Shown here: one piece after another, positions 43,895-54,002 of the stretch
Layout of the letters: the number at the start of each line of letters is the position of its first letter
Position numbering within the stretch: position 1 is the stretch's first letter
Notes under the pieces: model-generated
What the model saw: the letters and a program-made list of their open reading frames with translations, nothing else
Database searches by the model: none
What the model was told of the DNA's origin: nothing
Assembly: GCA_047601445.1 (NCBI GenBank)
Contig: JASGJH010000001.1
Location: 6,496,001 to 6,560,000 of the forward strand
Length of the DNA stretch: 64,000 nt
Source of the DNA: Myxococcales bacterium
Lineage (GTDB): Bacteria; Myxococcota_A; Polyangia; Polyangiales; DASUME01
Reading direction: 5' to 3'
Program-made: the position numbers and the translations under genes

Positions 43895-44575
43895 ATGGCC
43901 CAGCTGCTCGAGAAGGTGGAAGGCGTTTTCCACGCTTTCGACCCGAAGCTGCCCTGGACCGACTTCCCGATCGCCGTAATCGATTTCGAAACCACCGGCT
44001 TCGACGAGCAGGTCGATCGCGTGGTCGAGGTCGGCGTGGTGTGTTTCCACCGGGGCGTGCTGACCGACAAAAAGAGCTGGCTAATTCAGCCCGGCATGCC
44101 GATTCCAGAGTCGGCGGTCAACGTCCACGGCATCACCGACGCCATGGTGGCGGACGCGCCCTTCTTCCACGAGATCGCCCAGGAGCTGAGGCAGGTCCTC
44201 TCGGGCCACCTGCCGGTGGCCTACAACGCGACCTTCGATCGCAAGTTCATGCACGCTGAGATGCGCCGGGCGGGTATCTCGGATGATCGGGTTGCGGCGC
44301 TCGACGCCAAGACCACCTGGGTCAATCCGTTGGTGTGGACCCGCGAGCTGATGGCCGAAGCCAAGAGCAAGCGCCTGGCCGACATCTGCGAATTGCTCGG
44401 TATCCCGCTGAATGACGCCCACCGCGCCTGGGCCGACGCCGAGGCCACGGGTCGCGTGCTCTTGGCCCTCGCCGATCGCATGCCGCGGGGCTACGCGGAG
44501 CTGGTGCGCGTTCAGGATCAGTACTCGGCCCGCCAGGAAGCCGAGCTGGCTGATTGGCGCAGGCGGCGTGGTTGA
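43895..44575 (+). CDS. DEDDh 3'-5' exonuclease (DnaQ-like)
   Basis: IDFETTG, AYNATFD and AHRAWADA motifs. Confidence 0.93.
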   Translation: MAQLLEKVEGVFHAFDPKLPWTDFPIAVIDFETTGFDEQVDRVVEVGVVCFHRGVLTDKKSWLIQPGMPIPESAVNVHGITDAMVADAPFFHEIAQELRQVLSGHLPVAYNATFDRKFMHAEMRRAGISDDRVAALDAKTTWVNPLVWTRELMAEAKSKRLADICELLGIPLNDAHRAWADAEATGRVLLALADRMPRGYAELVRVQDQYSARQEAELADWRRRRG

Positions 44576-44602
44576 GTCGACTGGGTCCGTGTCCGGGACC
44601 GT

Positions 44603-45457
44603 TCAGCGCTCGGCGGCTTCTTCCATCCACATCGTGAGCAGCATATTGCGCAGGCGCAGCTCGCCGCGCTGGGCATAGGCCGTCTCGAGCAGGGCGGTGC
44701 CATCGTTCAGCGCCCCCCCTTGGTACAGAAAGACTCCGTAGGCCTCGGCGCTCCGCTTCCCACCCGCCTCGTGGAAACGCTGCGCGGAGAGAGCCCGTTC
44801 CTGCGGTGGGAACAGCTCGGCGTGCAGGGCCTTGAAGCCCTCGAATGCCTGCAGCTCCACCGCGGCCAAGCCTTCGTGTGGCGCTCGCGCGTGGATCAGG
44901 TTCCAACGCGCCTTGTAGGCCGCGCGGATGGAGAGCCAGGGGGCCCGGAAGAGACCTTCCGCGGTGACCAAGCGATGCTCGACGAGGGAGCGCGGAAAGA
45001 CTCCGAGCTGTCCCGCACCCTCCGGCCCGCCGCCTCCGGTTCGCAGCGCAGCCATGGCGCGCTCCGTGGCCCTCACCCGCAGTAGGTTGCGATCGGTCGG
45101 GCTCAGGCCGTCCGCGTAGATCGAGAGTCGGCGTTGCCGTCCGGCGTCGTAGCGAGCGTTCGGGTCGAGCTCGGAGAGGCCATGGGCCACGTAGAGTTGT
45201 TCGAGCTCGTCCGCGCGCTGGAACTGGGGCGTGCGCTGGGCGAGAGCACGATCCGCCTCCAGTACCGCCTCGACCAGCTTGTCGTCGAGGACCAGGGGCG
45301 GGAGCACGTTGGGCTCGATGGCACGCGGAATCGCCAGGGCGGTGATCGCGCAGGCCACCGCGCAGGCCACCAACGTGAAGAAGCCCGTGAACGCGCGATC
45401 GCGCGGCACGGGCTTCGGAGCTTCCTGGGAAGGTTCGTTGAGCACGACCCCGCTCAC
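44603..45457 (-). CDS. hypothetical membrane-anchored helical protein
   Basis: GTGA overlap with the pssA stop; N-terminal TM helix. The longer ORF-track extension overlaps pssA out of frame. Confidence 0.7.
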   Translation of the reverse strand: MSGVVLNEPSQEAPKPVPRDRAFTGFFTLVACAVACAITALAIPRAIEPNVLPPLVLDDKLVEAVLEADRALAQRTPQFQRADELEQLYVAHGLSELDPNARYDAGRQRRLSIYADGLSPTDRNLLRVRATERAMAALRTGGGGPEGAGQLGVFPRSLVEHRLVTAEGLFRAPWLSIRAAYKARWNLIHARAPHEGLAAVELQAFEGFKALHAELFPPQERALSAQRFHEAGGKRSAEAYGVFLYQGGALNDGTALLETAYAQRGELRLRNMLLTMWMEEAAER

Positions 45458-46290
45458 CGCGGGCGACGGTGCTCCACGGGCTGGGGCTGCGCCTCGGGCT
45501 GCACACCCGGGTGCCCGGTCCGCGGCGAGTGCCGCCCGCGGCGCAGGGTGCGGGCCGTGAGGCTGAGGAAGGCCTCGGCCAAGCCGATGACGACGTAGCT
45601 CGTCAGCAGCCAGACCAGCGCGAAGGCCGGCTTGAAGCGCAGCGCGATGAAGGTGGTGGAGCCCACCGCGAACAGCACGAACAGCACCGTGCGCAGCGAG
45701 AGGTGGAGGTCCTTGAAGGAACGGAAACGGATGGTGCTGACCATGCAGGCGGACAGCACGAGCACCACGGCCAGCACCAGCATCTTCAGCTGGGGCAGGT
45801 GGCCGCTGATCGAGTGGTTGGCCACCACGAGCGAAACCACGATGCCCGCGGCGCCGGGGATGGGCAGACCGAGGATGTACTTGCCGGGCTTCTTGGGCGC
45901 GCCCGAGTCGTTGGTGGCGAGCACGTTGAAGCGGGCCAGGCGAATGACGCCGGCCGAGACGAAGGCGAAGCACGCCGCCAAGCCCACCGGGCCCAGGCTT
46001 TCGAGCGACCAGCGATAGAGCAGACAGCCCGGCGCGACGCCGAAGCTGATGACGTCCGCCAGTGAGTCCAGCTGCACACCGAGCGCCGACTGGGTCTTCG
46101 TCAGCCGAGCCACGCGGCCGTCGATGGTGTCGAAGAACATCGCGTACACGATGAGCAGGGCGGCTCGGTAGAAGTCGTTCTCCGAGGCGCCGGTCCCGCA
46201 CAGGAGGATCGCGCTGAAGCCGCAGAACACGCTGCTCAGGGTGATCAAGTTGGGCAGCAAGAACAGGCTCTTGCGCAGATTGACTCGCAC
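45454..46290 (-). CDS. pssA: CDP-diacylglycerol--serine O-phosphatidyltransferase
   Basis: LPNLIT, D..DGRVAR...G..LDSLAD..SFGVAP, RLARFN and GLPIP motifs. Confidence 0.92.
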   Translation of the reverse strand: MRVNLRKSLFLLPNLITLSSVFCGFSAILLCGTGASENDFYRAALLIVYAMFFDTIDGRVARLTKTQSALGVQLDSLADVISFGVAPGCLLYRWSLESLGPVGLAACFAFVSAGVIRLARFNVLATNDSGAPKKPGKYILGLPIPGAAGIVVSLVVANHSISGHLPQLKMLVLAVVLVLSACMVSTIRFRSFKDLHLSLRTVLFVLFAVGSTTFIALRFKPAFALVWLLTSYVVIGLAEAFLSLTARTLRRGRHSPRTGHPGVQPEAQPQPVEHRRPR

Positions 46291-46383
46291 GTGCGGCGCC
46301 TCCCGGAAGGAATGGAAGAGGACCGAGACTACAGAAGGCGGCCCGGGCTGTCCAGGTTGGATGGCAATATCACTGAACAAAGG

Positions 46384-48117
46384 TCAAGGCATTTTGGGAC
46401 GCCGGCGAGGATGCTCGTAGACGCTCACGATAGGCACCCCGTCGTAAGTCAGCACGTGGGCCGGCTGCACCGAGCCGAAGGCCTGCCAGGCCTGGAAATC
46501 GACCTCGGCCATGTGGCGCTCATGGTGGACCAGCACGAAGTCGGCATCGGCCAGGTTGGCTGCTGCGCGGATATTTCGGGGCAGGCGGCCGTCCTTCTTG
46601 AGCATGTCGAAGGCCGTGGTGGTGGTGTCGTGCAGGAACACGCTGCCTCCGTTGGGCATCTGCTCGCGTAGGTAGTCGACCACGTTGCCCGTGGTGAAGC
46701 CCCAGAACTGGCGGTTCATGCCCAGGTCGGCCGCGCCCGGTACGCCCCCAGCGGGCAGCGTGTAGTGCGAGAGCCCGAAGCGGTGGCTGTGGGCGGTCTC
46801 CGCGAAGCTCGGCGCGAGCAGTACCGTCATCGACACGATGGCCACCGGCGTGGTGTCCACCAGGCCCCGACTGATCAAGCGCGACTCGATGGAGACCACC
46901 ACGTAGAGCGCGGCGTAGCCGGCGAACAAGCACAGGAAAGGGTAGGCCGTGAACCAGTGCTTGGTGCCGCCGAAGATGGGCGTGTCCGGCATGAGGAACA
47001 CCGCGTACGGCGTGAGGGCCCCGCCGAGCCACAGCACGTCCGTGGCGCGCACGTCCGCGCGCAGGCTGCTGCGAGGCATCAGGCGTGCGGCGAGGCCGCT
47101 GGGCAAGAGCGCGCGCGCCCGCACCACGATGCCCGTGAGGGCCAGGGCCGTGATGGTGAGGGGCAGCGTGAAGAGCGTCATCACGAACGCGTAGCTGCGC
47201 GGGAAGGGCGGCGTGAAGTAGTTCACGCCGAAGTACTCCATGTTGTAGTAGACGTGATGCAGGTGGAACTGCGCGTAAGCCGCGAGCCGCGTGGCCGTGT
47301 CGAACCAGATCCACGGCCAGCTCACGAAGAACACCAGGGGTCCCAGCGTGGCCATGCTCAAGAGCCAGTAGGGTGCGATCACGAGCCGTGGGCGCTCTCC
47401 GCGTCGCCGCCGCACGAGCTCTTCGCTGACCACCCAGACCCAGTGCACGAAGAGCATCCCCGGCACTAGCCAGCTGTTGTGCTTGGTGGCCAGCGCGCAG
47501 CCGAAGGCGATGCCCGTCATGATCGACCAGCGGCGATTCACCAGTGAGCGCCAGTACGCATAGACCGTCCAGGTGATCATCAGGACGATCGGGATGTCGA
47601 AGCAGTCGAGGTGAGAGTGGTAGAAAATGCGTGGCAGCGTGGCGAAGGCCAGCGCGCCGAACATGCCCACCCGTCGGTCGGCTCCGCGCGCGCCGAAGAT
47701 ATAGATGAGCCACAGCGTCAGCGATGCGCACACCATGCCGAAGAAGCGGTAGGCCATGGAGGCCTTGGGAAACAGCGGCTCCGGGCTGAGTCCGACGGCT
47801 TCGCGCAGCTTGGGGTAGCCCTTCTGGTCGAGCAGCCAGGTCCAGGCGAACATGGTCTTCGGCAGGGCCGGGTGTTCGCTGTTGTAGGACCAGTAGCGGT
47901 CCACGATCTCGCGCTTGGTGGCTTCGCTCGGGTCGTCGAGCAAGCGGTCGTACCACATGCCGTAGCGCTCCGCGGCGATGACGTAGAAGCCCTCGTCGCG
48001 CGACATGCCGAGCTCGGTGGAGGTGGCCAGCAAGATCACCAGATAGGCCAGGGCCATGAAGGCGCCGAGCAAATGATCGCGCAGTCCCACGTGGGTCGGC
48101 GTGGAAAGGATGCTCAC
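46384..48117 (-). CDS. GT-C glycosyltransferase (family 39 / ArnT-PMT-like)
   Basis: DE motif after TM1 (RDEGFY), EHPALPK, ALATK and many TM segments. Confidence 0.85.
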   Translation of the reverse strand: MSILSTPTHVGLRDHLLGAFMALAYLVILLATSTELGMSRDEGFYVIAAERYGMWYDRLLDDPSEATKREIVDRYWSYNSEHPALPKTMFAWTWLLDQKGYPKLREAVGLSPEPLFPKASMAYRFFGMVCASLTLWLIYIFGARGADRRVGMFGALAFATLPRIFYHSHLDCFDIPIVLMITWTVYAYWRSLVNRRWSIMTGIAFGCALATKHNSWLVPGMLFVHWVWVVSEELVRRRRGERPRLVIAPYWLLSMATLGPLVFFVSWPWIWFDTATRLAAYAQFHLHHVYYNMEYFGVNYFTPPFPRSYAFVMTLFTLPLTITALALTGIVVRARALLPSGLAARLMPRSSLRADVRATDVLWLGGALTPYAVFLMPDTPIFGGTKHWFTAYPFLCLFAGYAALYVVVSIESRLISRGLVDTTPVAIVSMTVLLAPSFAETAHSHRFGLSHYTLPAGGVPGAADLGMNRQFWGFTTGNVVDYLREQMPNGGSVFLHDTTTTAFDMLKKDGRLPRNIRAAANLADADFVLVHHERHMAEVDFQAWQAFGSVQPAHVLTYDGVPIVSVYEHPRRRPKMP

Positions 48118-49178
48118 GGCGCCTCCCTGCGGCGTGCGTCCTGCACCGTGCCGGCCCAGCAGAACCAGCGGTCACGGCGGCTCGAGGAGCTCACCTCGAC
48201 CCGCACCTCTCCGCGCGCGCTCGCGCTGCGCTTTTGGGCGGGACGCGTGTCGACCTCGTAGCGCTTGAAGCCCTCTCCGTCCCGGTGCACCAACTTGGCC
48301 GCCTCCTCGCCGTCGATCAGCACGCGCATGATCACGGGCGCGCCCTGCTCGTCGCGTTCGCGGTGATAGTCGAGGCCGGCGTAGAGCACGAGGCGGGTGC
48401 CCAGGTGCACGTCCTTGAAGGTGGCGCTCACCGGGTCGCGGCCCTGCGGGTGTTGCCAAATGCAGCGCCGCGGCGCGAGCGAGAGGTCCTCCAGGATGGT
48501 GGTGCCGACCCAGGCCGAGGCTTCACGGGCGTCACACACGAAGCGTTGACGGGGCGGCATCGGACCGAAGCCGAGTCCGCCGCGGCCAGGTCCCCCGACC
48601 CGCTCTTTCCAAGGGCAATCGGTGAGCTCTCCGCGTGGGCGATAGTCCACCTGCGCGCTCGGCAGGGCATCGACGAAGTCGAACACCACGGGCGACGGGC
48701 CGAAGTCGTAGCGGGAGACGTTGACCCGTCCGAAGTCCTGCTCGAAGTCCGGCGCGCGCGCGGGTGCTTCCGGCGAGCGCTTGCCGCGGATGGAGAGCAC
48801 CCACAGGCGTTCGAAGGAGGACAGGTCGGCGCGCCCCGAGAGCTTGGCGTTCATGCGGTCCCCGAGGTGCAGGCGCAGCAAGGGGTCGGCCCAGCTGGGG
48901 GCCACGGTGATGGCGTCGTTGGTCTCGAGCTGCGCCCGCACCAGGGCCGCGGCGGCCACCCAGTCGTCCTCCGGCGGGACCCGCGAGACGCGCACCGTGA
49001 GGGCCACCAGCTCGGCCAGCGCCAGGCCCAGGAACACGAGCCACCAAGGGCTAGCCCAGCGCGGCGCCGGAATGACGCCCGAGATGGTGGCGTGGGCCGC
49101 GCGAAACGTGTGATGACCGCTCGAGACGGTTAAGGAATCCCCCGACTTAGGGGCCTCACGTTCGGTCTCGCCACTCAT
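48114..49178 (-). CDS. hypothetical membrane-anchored protein, co-transcribed with the GT-C gene
   Basis: N-terminal TM helix, beta-rich C-terminal domain; 4-bp overlap with the next gene. Confidence 0.7.
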   Translation of the reverse strand: MSGETEREAPKSGDSLTVSSGHHTFRAAHATISGVIPAPRWASPWWLVFLGLALAELVALTVRVSRVPPEDDWVAAAALVRAQLETNDAITVAPSWADPLLRLHLGDRMNAKLSGRADLSSFERLWVLSIRGKRSPEAPARAPDFEQDFGRVNVSRYDFGPSPVVFDFVDALPSAQVDYRPRGELTDCPWKERVGGPGRGGLGFGPMPPRQRFVCDAREASAWVGTTILEDLSLAPRRCIWQHPQGRDPVSATFKDVHLGTRLVLYAGLDYHRERDEQGAPVIMRVLIDGEEAAKLVHRDGEGFKRYEVDTRPAQKRSASARGEVRVEVSSSSRRDRWFCWAGTVQDARRREAP

Positions 49179-49279
49179 GCGGGCGGCATCCTACAGCGAG
49201 TCGTGCGCTCGTCGATTCGATTTTCCGGGTTTCGTAGTGCTTGACGGCAAGGCCTCGCGCGCCCAGCGTGAAAGCTCAG

Positions 49280-50698
49280 ATGAGCGTGAACGCACCGGGT
49301 TCGAATTTCGCGCGGGCTTTGATCGAGATCGATAGGGCCCTGGCGAGCGACCAGATTCTGACCGACCCGGACGTGTGCGCCGGCTATGGGCACGACGAGA
49401 GCGAGGTGCCCGCGCGAACCCCCGACGCGGTGGTGCGGGTGCGCTCCGCCTCGGACGTGGTGGCCGTGATGAAGGCGTGCTCGCGTCATGGGGTCTTCGT
49501 GACCCCGCGTGCTGGCGGTACCGGGCGCACGGGCGGGGCGGTGCCCGTGCAGGGTGGCATCGTGCTCGCGTTCGAGGGCATGAACCAGCTGGAGGAGATC
49601 CACCGGGGAGACCTGGTGACGGTGGTCGAGCCTGGCTTGGTGCTAGGCGCGCTGCATCAGGCAGTCGAGGGCGAAGGGCTGTTTTACGGGCCCGATCCGA
49701 ACTCGCTCGGGAGCTGCGCGTTGGGTGGCAACTTGGCGGAGAATGCGGGCGGGCCGCGCGCCTTCAAGTACGGGGTCACGCGTGACTGGGCACTCGGACT
49801 CGAGGTGGTGACCGCGGACGGCACCATGCTCTCGCTGGGCAAGCGCACGGTGAAGGGTGTGGCGGGCTACGACTTGGCGGCGCTGATGGTGGGCAGCGAG
49901 GGCACGCTCGGCATCATCACCAAGGCCACGCTCAAGTTGCTTCCCAAGCCGGAGACCGTGGTCACCTTGCTCGCGCTGTTGCCTGACGTGCATGCCGCCG
50001 GACGTGCGGTGAACGCGCTGCTCGCGCTGGGCATCATGCCGCGCTGTCTGGAATTGATGGACGGACACACGCTGTCGTTGGTGCGGCCGGCGGTGGCGCT
50101 GCAAATCCCCGAGGCGGCGCAGGCGGCGTTGTTGGTGGAGCTCGACGGCAGCGCGAGCCAGTGCGAACAGGGCCTCGAGCGAGCAGGCAATGCGGCGCTC
50201 GAGGCGGGCGCGCTCGAGGTGCTGGTGGCGCGTCACGGCGGAGAGCGCGAGAAGTTGTGGGCGGCGCGGCGCGAGCTGTCGCGTGTGTTGCGGGCTACCG
50301 CGCGCTTCAAGCTGGCCGAAGACGTGGTGGTGCCGAAGAGTCAGATCCCGGCGTTGCTCGAGTTCGTGTCCGAGACGAGTCGCAAGCAAGGCATTCCCAT
50401 GCCCACTTATGGACACGCGGGCGATGGCAACCTCCACGTGAACTTCCTGTGGAACGACCCGAGCGAGGAACCCACGGTGCACGCGGCCATCGAGGCCACC
50501 TTCCGCAAGGTGGTGGAGCTGCGCGGGACCATCAGCGGAGAGCACGGCATCGGCGTGCTCAAGATGCCTTACCTGCCGCTCGAGCAGAGTCCCGAGCTCA
50601 TCGCCATGCAGCGACGGGTGAAGGCCACCTTCGATCCGCAGGGCATCCTCAACCCGGGCAAGATCTTCGGGGAAGCCTCACCTCACCGCGCGTGCTGA
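49280..50698 (+). CDS. FAD-linked oxidase (GlcD / D-2-hydroxyacid dehydrogenase family)
   Basis: PDPNS, NAGG...KYG, GSEGTLG, GHAGDGNLH, SGEHGIG and DP.GILNPGK motifs. Confidence 0.94.
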   Translation: MSVNAPGSNFARALIEIDRALASDQILTDPDVCAGYGHDESEVPARTPDAVVRVRSASDVVAVMKACSRHGVFVTPRAGGTGRTGGAVPVQGGIVLAFEGMNQLEEIHRGDLVTVVEPGLVLGALHQAVEGEGLFYGPDPNSLGSCALGGNLAENAGGPRAFKYGVTRDWALGLEVVTADGTMLSLGKRTVKGVAGYDLAALMVGSEGTLGIITKATLKLLPKPETVVTLLALLPDVHAAGRAVNALLALGIMPRCLELMDGHTLSLVRPAVALQIPEAAQAALLVELDGSASQCEQGLERAGNAALEAGALEVLVARHGGEREKLWAARRELSRVLRATARFKLAEDVVVPKSQIPALLEFVSETSRKQGIPMPTYGHAGDGNLHVNFLWNDPSEEPTVHAAIEATFRKVVELRGTISGEHGIGVLKMPYLPLEQSPELIAMQRRVKATFDPQGILNPGKIFGEASPHRAC

Positions 50699-52008
50699 GC
50701 GACGAACCCTGCGACGACGCGCTCGGCCTGCTTCTGCACCGGCTTCTTGGCGCGCCCCACGCTCACGATGTGCAGGCCCGAAGCGCGCACGATGCGCTGC
50801 GCGGCGGCGCGGATGTCCGCCGCCGTGACGTGGGCCACGTCGCTCCACAGGCCGGACAGGTCGATGGCGCGCCCGAATACGGCCTGGGTGCCCGCATAGA
50901 GCGCCATGTCCTCGGGTGAATCCACCAAGCGCCGCAGGGTCCAGGCGTAGCGCGTGCGGGCCTTCTCGAGCTCACGAGGCTCCACGTCGCGCTCGGTGAG
51001 CTCGTGCAACATGCCCAGGATGGCGCTCAGCACCTCCGGGACCTTCTCGTGCTCCACGCTGGCGCCCACCTCGAGCAGCCCAGTCTCTTCGTAGGGGTCG
51101 AGCGCCGCGAAGGCCTCGTAGGCCAGGCCGCTCTCGTCGGTGAGCCTGCGGTGCAGGCGGGTGCTCATGCCGTCGTCGAGGATGCGCACCATCAGCTTGA
51201 GCGCCGTGTAGTGCGGGTCGTCCGGGCCGAAGGCGCGCAAGCACACGCGTACGTCGCTTTGGCTGGCGTCGTGGTTCACGAAGCGTAGGCGCTCGTCGTG
51301 GCGCGCAGGAGGTGGCTCCTCCACCAAGGTCAGGCGCCCGCGCGGGAAGTCCCCAAACAGCCGGCGCGCGTGCTCCACGATGGCTTCCGGCTCCACGGCG
51401 CCAGTGGCCACCACCGCCATGTTGGCAGCGCCGTAGTGGTTCGACAGGTGCGCGTGCAGCTCGGCTGGACCGAAGCCCTCCACGTTGTCCGCTTCGCCCG
51501 TGATCTTGAAGCCCAGTGCGTGGTCGCCGTAGACCAACAAACGCGACAGGTTCTCGGCGTCCACCTCGCGTCCGTCGGCGTCGCGATCGGCCAGGATCTC
51601 CTCGCGCACGATCTTCTTCTCGAGGGCGAGCTCGCCGAAGCGTGGCGCCCGCAGGAGCTCGGCGAGAAGCTCGAGCGCCTTGCCCGCGTGCTCGCGCGGG
51701 ACACCGAGCTGGTAGTGCGTGAAGTCGGCGTAGGTGGCGGCATCGATGGCGCCGCCGAGCTGCTCCGCCGCGAAGCTCAGATCGTAAGCGGTGGGATAGC
51801 TCGGCGTACCTCGAAACAGCATGTGCTCGAGGAAGTGGCTGATGCCGTTGGTCTCCGCGCGCTCGTAGCGTGGACCCACCTTCACGAATACGGACAGCGA
51901 GGCGCCCTGCAGGTGGCCGAGGGGCACCACCACGACACGCAGTCCGTTCTCGAGCGTGGCTTCAAAGCTCTGCGGAGCGCGCAAAGGTTCGAAGCGCTGC
52001 TCGCTCAA
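50683..52008 (-). CDS. M16 family (pitrilysin) zinc peptidase
   Basis: HFLEHMLFRGT (HxxEH) motif. Confidence 0.94.
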   Translation of the reverse strand: MSEQRFEPLRAPQSFEATLENGLRVVVVPLGHLQGASLSVFVKVGPRYERAETNGISHFLEHMLFRGTPSYPTAYDLSFAAEQLGGAIDAATYADFTHYQLGVPREHAGKALELLAELLRAPRFGELALEKKIVREEILADRDADGREVDAENLSRLLVYGDHALGFKITGEADNVEGFGPAELHAHLSNHYGAANMAVVATGAVEPEAIVEHARRLFGDFPRGRLTLVEEPPPARHDERLRFVNHDASQSDVRVCLRAFGPDDPHYTALKLMVRILDDGMSTRLHRRLTDESGLAYEAFAALDPYEETGLLEVGASVEHEKVPEVLSAILGMLHELTERDVEPRELEKARTRYAWTLRRLVDSPEDMALYAGTQAVFGRAIDLSGLWSDVAHVTAADIRAAAQRIVRASGLHIVSVGRAKKPVQKQAERVVAGFVAQHAR

Positions 52009-53627
52009 AGCGACGCCGTCTCTTCGGAGGCGCTGTAGCGCACGGCCTCCGGGTTGATGCTGATCGCGCCCTCGCCGTCGGCGCGCTTGCGGAGCTCACG
52101 CACGTAGCTCTCGAGCACTTCCAGGCGCTTGCGACGCAGCAGGGCGTCGTTCAGGCGAGCCTGCTCGGTCCCGGCGAAGGCGGCCTTGTCGGGGCTTTCG
52201 CGCGAGAGGAGCTGGATCACCACCCAACTGTCGCCGGCCTTGATGGGCGCGCCGGGCAGCGGGCTCTCCTTGGTCAGGTCGAAAGCCGTCTTCACGAGCT
52301 CGGTGTTGTCGACGCCCACGATGGGGCTGTCACCGCGGCCGAAGGGCCGGGTCTCCTTCACGACGGGCGCCTGGGGCTTGTCGCCGCCGGCTTCCTTTTC
52401 GGCCTTCAAGCGCGCCTCGAGGGCGTCCATGCTTCCGCCCTTGAGCTCGGCCAGCACCTTCTCGGCGGCCGCCTTGGCCTTCTGCTCGGCGCTGCCCGCC
52501 TTGAACTGCTTCTCGGCGATCTCGCGCTTGGCGTCGGCCACGGGCACATCGCCCTCGCGTACGCCTTCGACCTTGATCACGTGATAGCCGAAGCGCGTCT
52601 CGACCACCTCGGAGACGTCGCCCGGCTTGAGCGCGAACTGCGCGTCGTCGAAGGGCGCCACCATCTTGCCGCGCGTGTTGTAGCCGAGGTCGCCGCCTTC
52701 CTTGGCGCTGCCGGTGTCCTCGCTGAGTTCACTGGCCAGCTTGGAGAAGTCTTCGCCCTTGAGTGCGCGCGCGCGGACCGCTTCGGCCTTCGCTTTGGCG
52801 GCCTGCTTCGTGGCGGCATCGGCGTCACTCGCCACCTTGAAGAGGATGTGACGTGCACGCACCTGCTTCTCGAGGCCGGTGTAGCGGTGCTTCTCCTTCT
52901 CGAACTCCGCGTCCACGTCTTGCTGGTGGTCCTTCAGCCAACCGTCGATCTCCGCCGCGCTGGCGGGGCCTTGCTGGCGGAAGCTTGCGGCATCGAAGCG
53001 CACGTACTTGAGCGTGGCCTTGTCCTTCTCACGCACGTAGGCGTCCCAGACTTCGCTCGGAGCGACGGCCACCGAGGCCGCCACGGTGTCGCGCATGCGC
53101 TGCGCGAGGGTCTCCTGGATCTGGGAGTTGGCGAACTCCTCCACGGTGCGACCCAGTCGGTTCTGGATGAAGCGACGCACGTTCTCGGGATCGAAATTGC
53201 CGTCCTTGTCCTCGAAGCTGACCGGCATCGGTCCGGACGGCATCGAGCTGGGCGCTCCGATCGGCGCGGACACGTAGAGGAAGCCCTCTTCGGCCAGGCG
53301 CACCATCACGTCGTCCTTGGTGGTGTTGAAGCCGACCTGCCGCGCCTCGCGCGCCAGCAGATCGCGCTCGATGAGGCCGGCCAACACCAGCTCCTTGAGC
53401 TTCATCTCCCGCGCCGTCTCGGTGCTGTAGCGCGTGCCATTGGCGAGCACGTAGGCGGCTTTCATCTCGCCCAAGCTGATGGTGTCGCCGTACACACGGG
53501 CCGCGTAGCGCGCCTTCGCTTCGCCGGCGCAGCCGCGTGACTGGGGACCGCCAAACTCGATCAGGAATACCGCGCTCAGCGCGAGCACGATGACGAGAAG
53601 ACCGAGATTCTGAATCGTTTGACGCAT
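52005..53627 (-). CDS. SurA/PpiD-like membrane-anchored parvulin PPIase
   Basis: N-terminal TM helix, SurA-N-like region, RARHIL...SEDTGS..GGDLG...FGYHVIKV. Confidence 0.9.
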   Translation of the reverse strand: MRQTIQNLGLLVIVLALSAVFLIEFGGPQSRGCAGEAKARYAARVYGDTISLGEMKAAYVLANGTRYSTETAREMKLKELVLAGLIERDLLAREARQVGFNTTKDDVMVRLAEEGFLYVSAPIGAPSSMPSGPMPVSFEDKDGNFDPENVRRFIQNRLGRTVEEFANSQIQETLAQRMRDTVAASVAVAPSEVWDAYVREKDKATLKYVRFDAASFRQQGPASAAEIDGWLKDHQQDVDAEFEKEKHRYTGLEKQVRARHILFKVASDADAATKQAAKAKAEAVRARALKGEDFSKLASELSEDTGSAKEGGDLGYNTRGKMVAPFDDAQFALKPGDVSEVVETRFGYHVIKVEGVREGDVPVADAKREIAEKQFKAGSAEQKAKAAAEKVLAELKGGSMDALEARLKAEKEAGGDKPQAPVVKETRPFGRGDSPIVGVDNTELVKTAFDLTKESPLPGAPIKAGDSWVVIQLLSRESPDKAAFAGTEQARLNDALLRRKRLEVLESYVRELRKRADGEGAISINPEAVRYSASEETASL

Positions 53628-54002
53628 GTTCGCCCTTGCCTGGCGCAAGCCTGGCACCGCAGGCGGGCGCGTGCCCGGCCTGAAAAAGGCCCGAACCATA
53701 TCGAACCGTCCCAACCTGAGCAAGCTGGCTACGGGGCCGCGCCTGTTTCGCGGGCCGGGTGCTCAATGCTCTGAAATCATGTGGCATTTTGCGCACGATC
53801 TGGCGCAGTTGGTGGCCGCGCGCGGTCATCTTGCGGTCAAAGTCACTCGTGCGCGCCAAGGCGCCTACCGGCCACGCACGAGCGCAGCGCCCGAAAAGCA
53901 CCCCGAACAAACCGGCCGCGGGCCCCCTGGCGAGCGCCGTTCCGGCAGCGCCATCTCGCTTTGCTCGGTCGCTGGGAGGGCGTGTGTTAGCGTGCCTGGT
54001 TC

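Noticed and set aside
43895..44575. DEDDh exonuclease (or ruvC/PHP) as part of an anti-phage system
   Set aside because: All sit in ordinary housekeeping contexts with no defence-associated partners.
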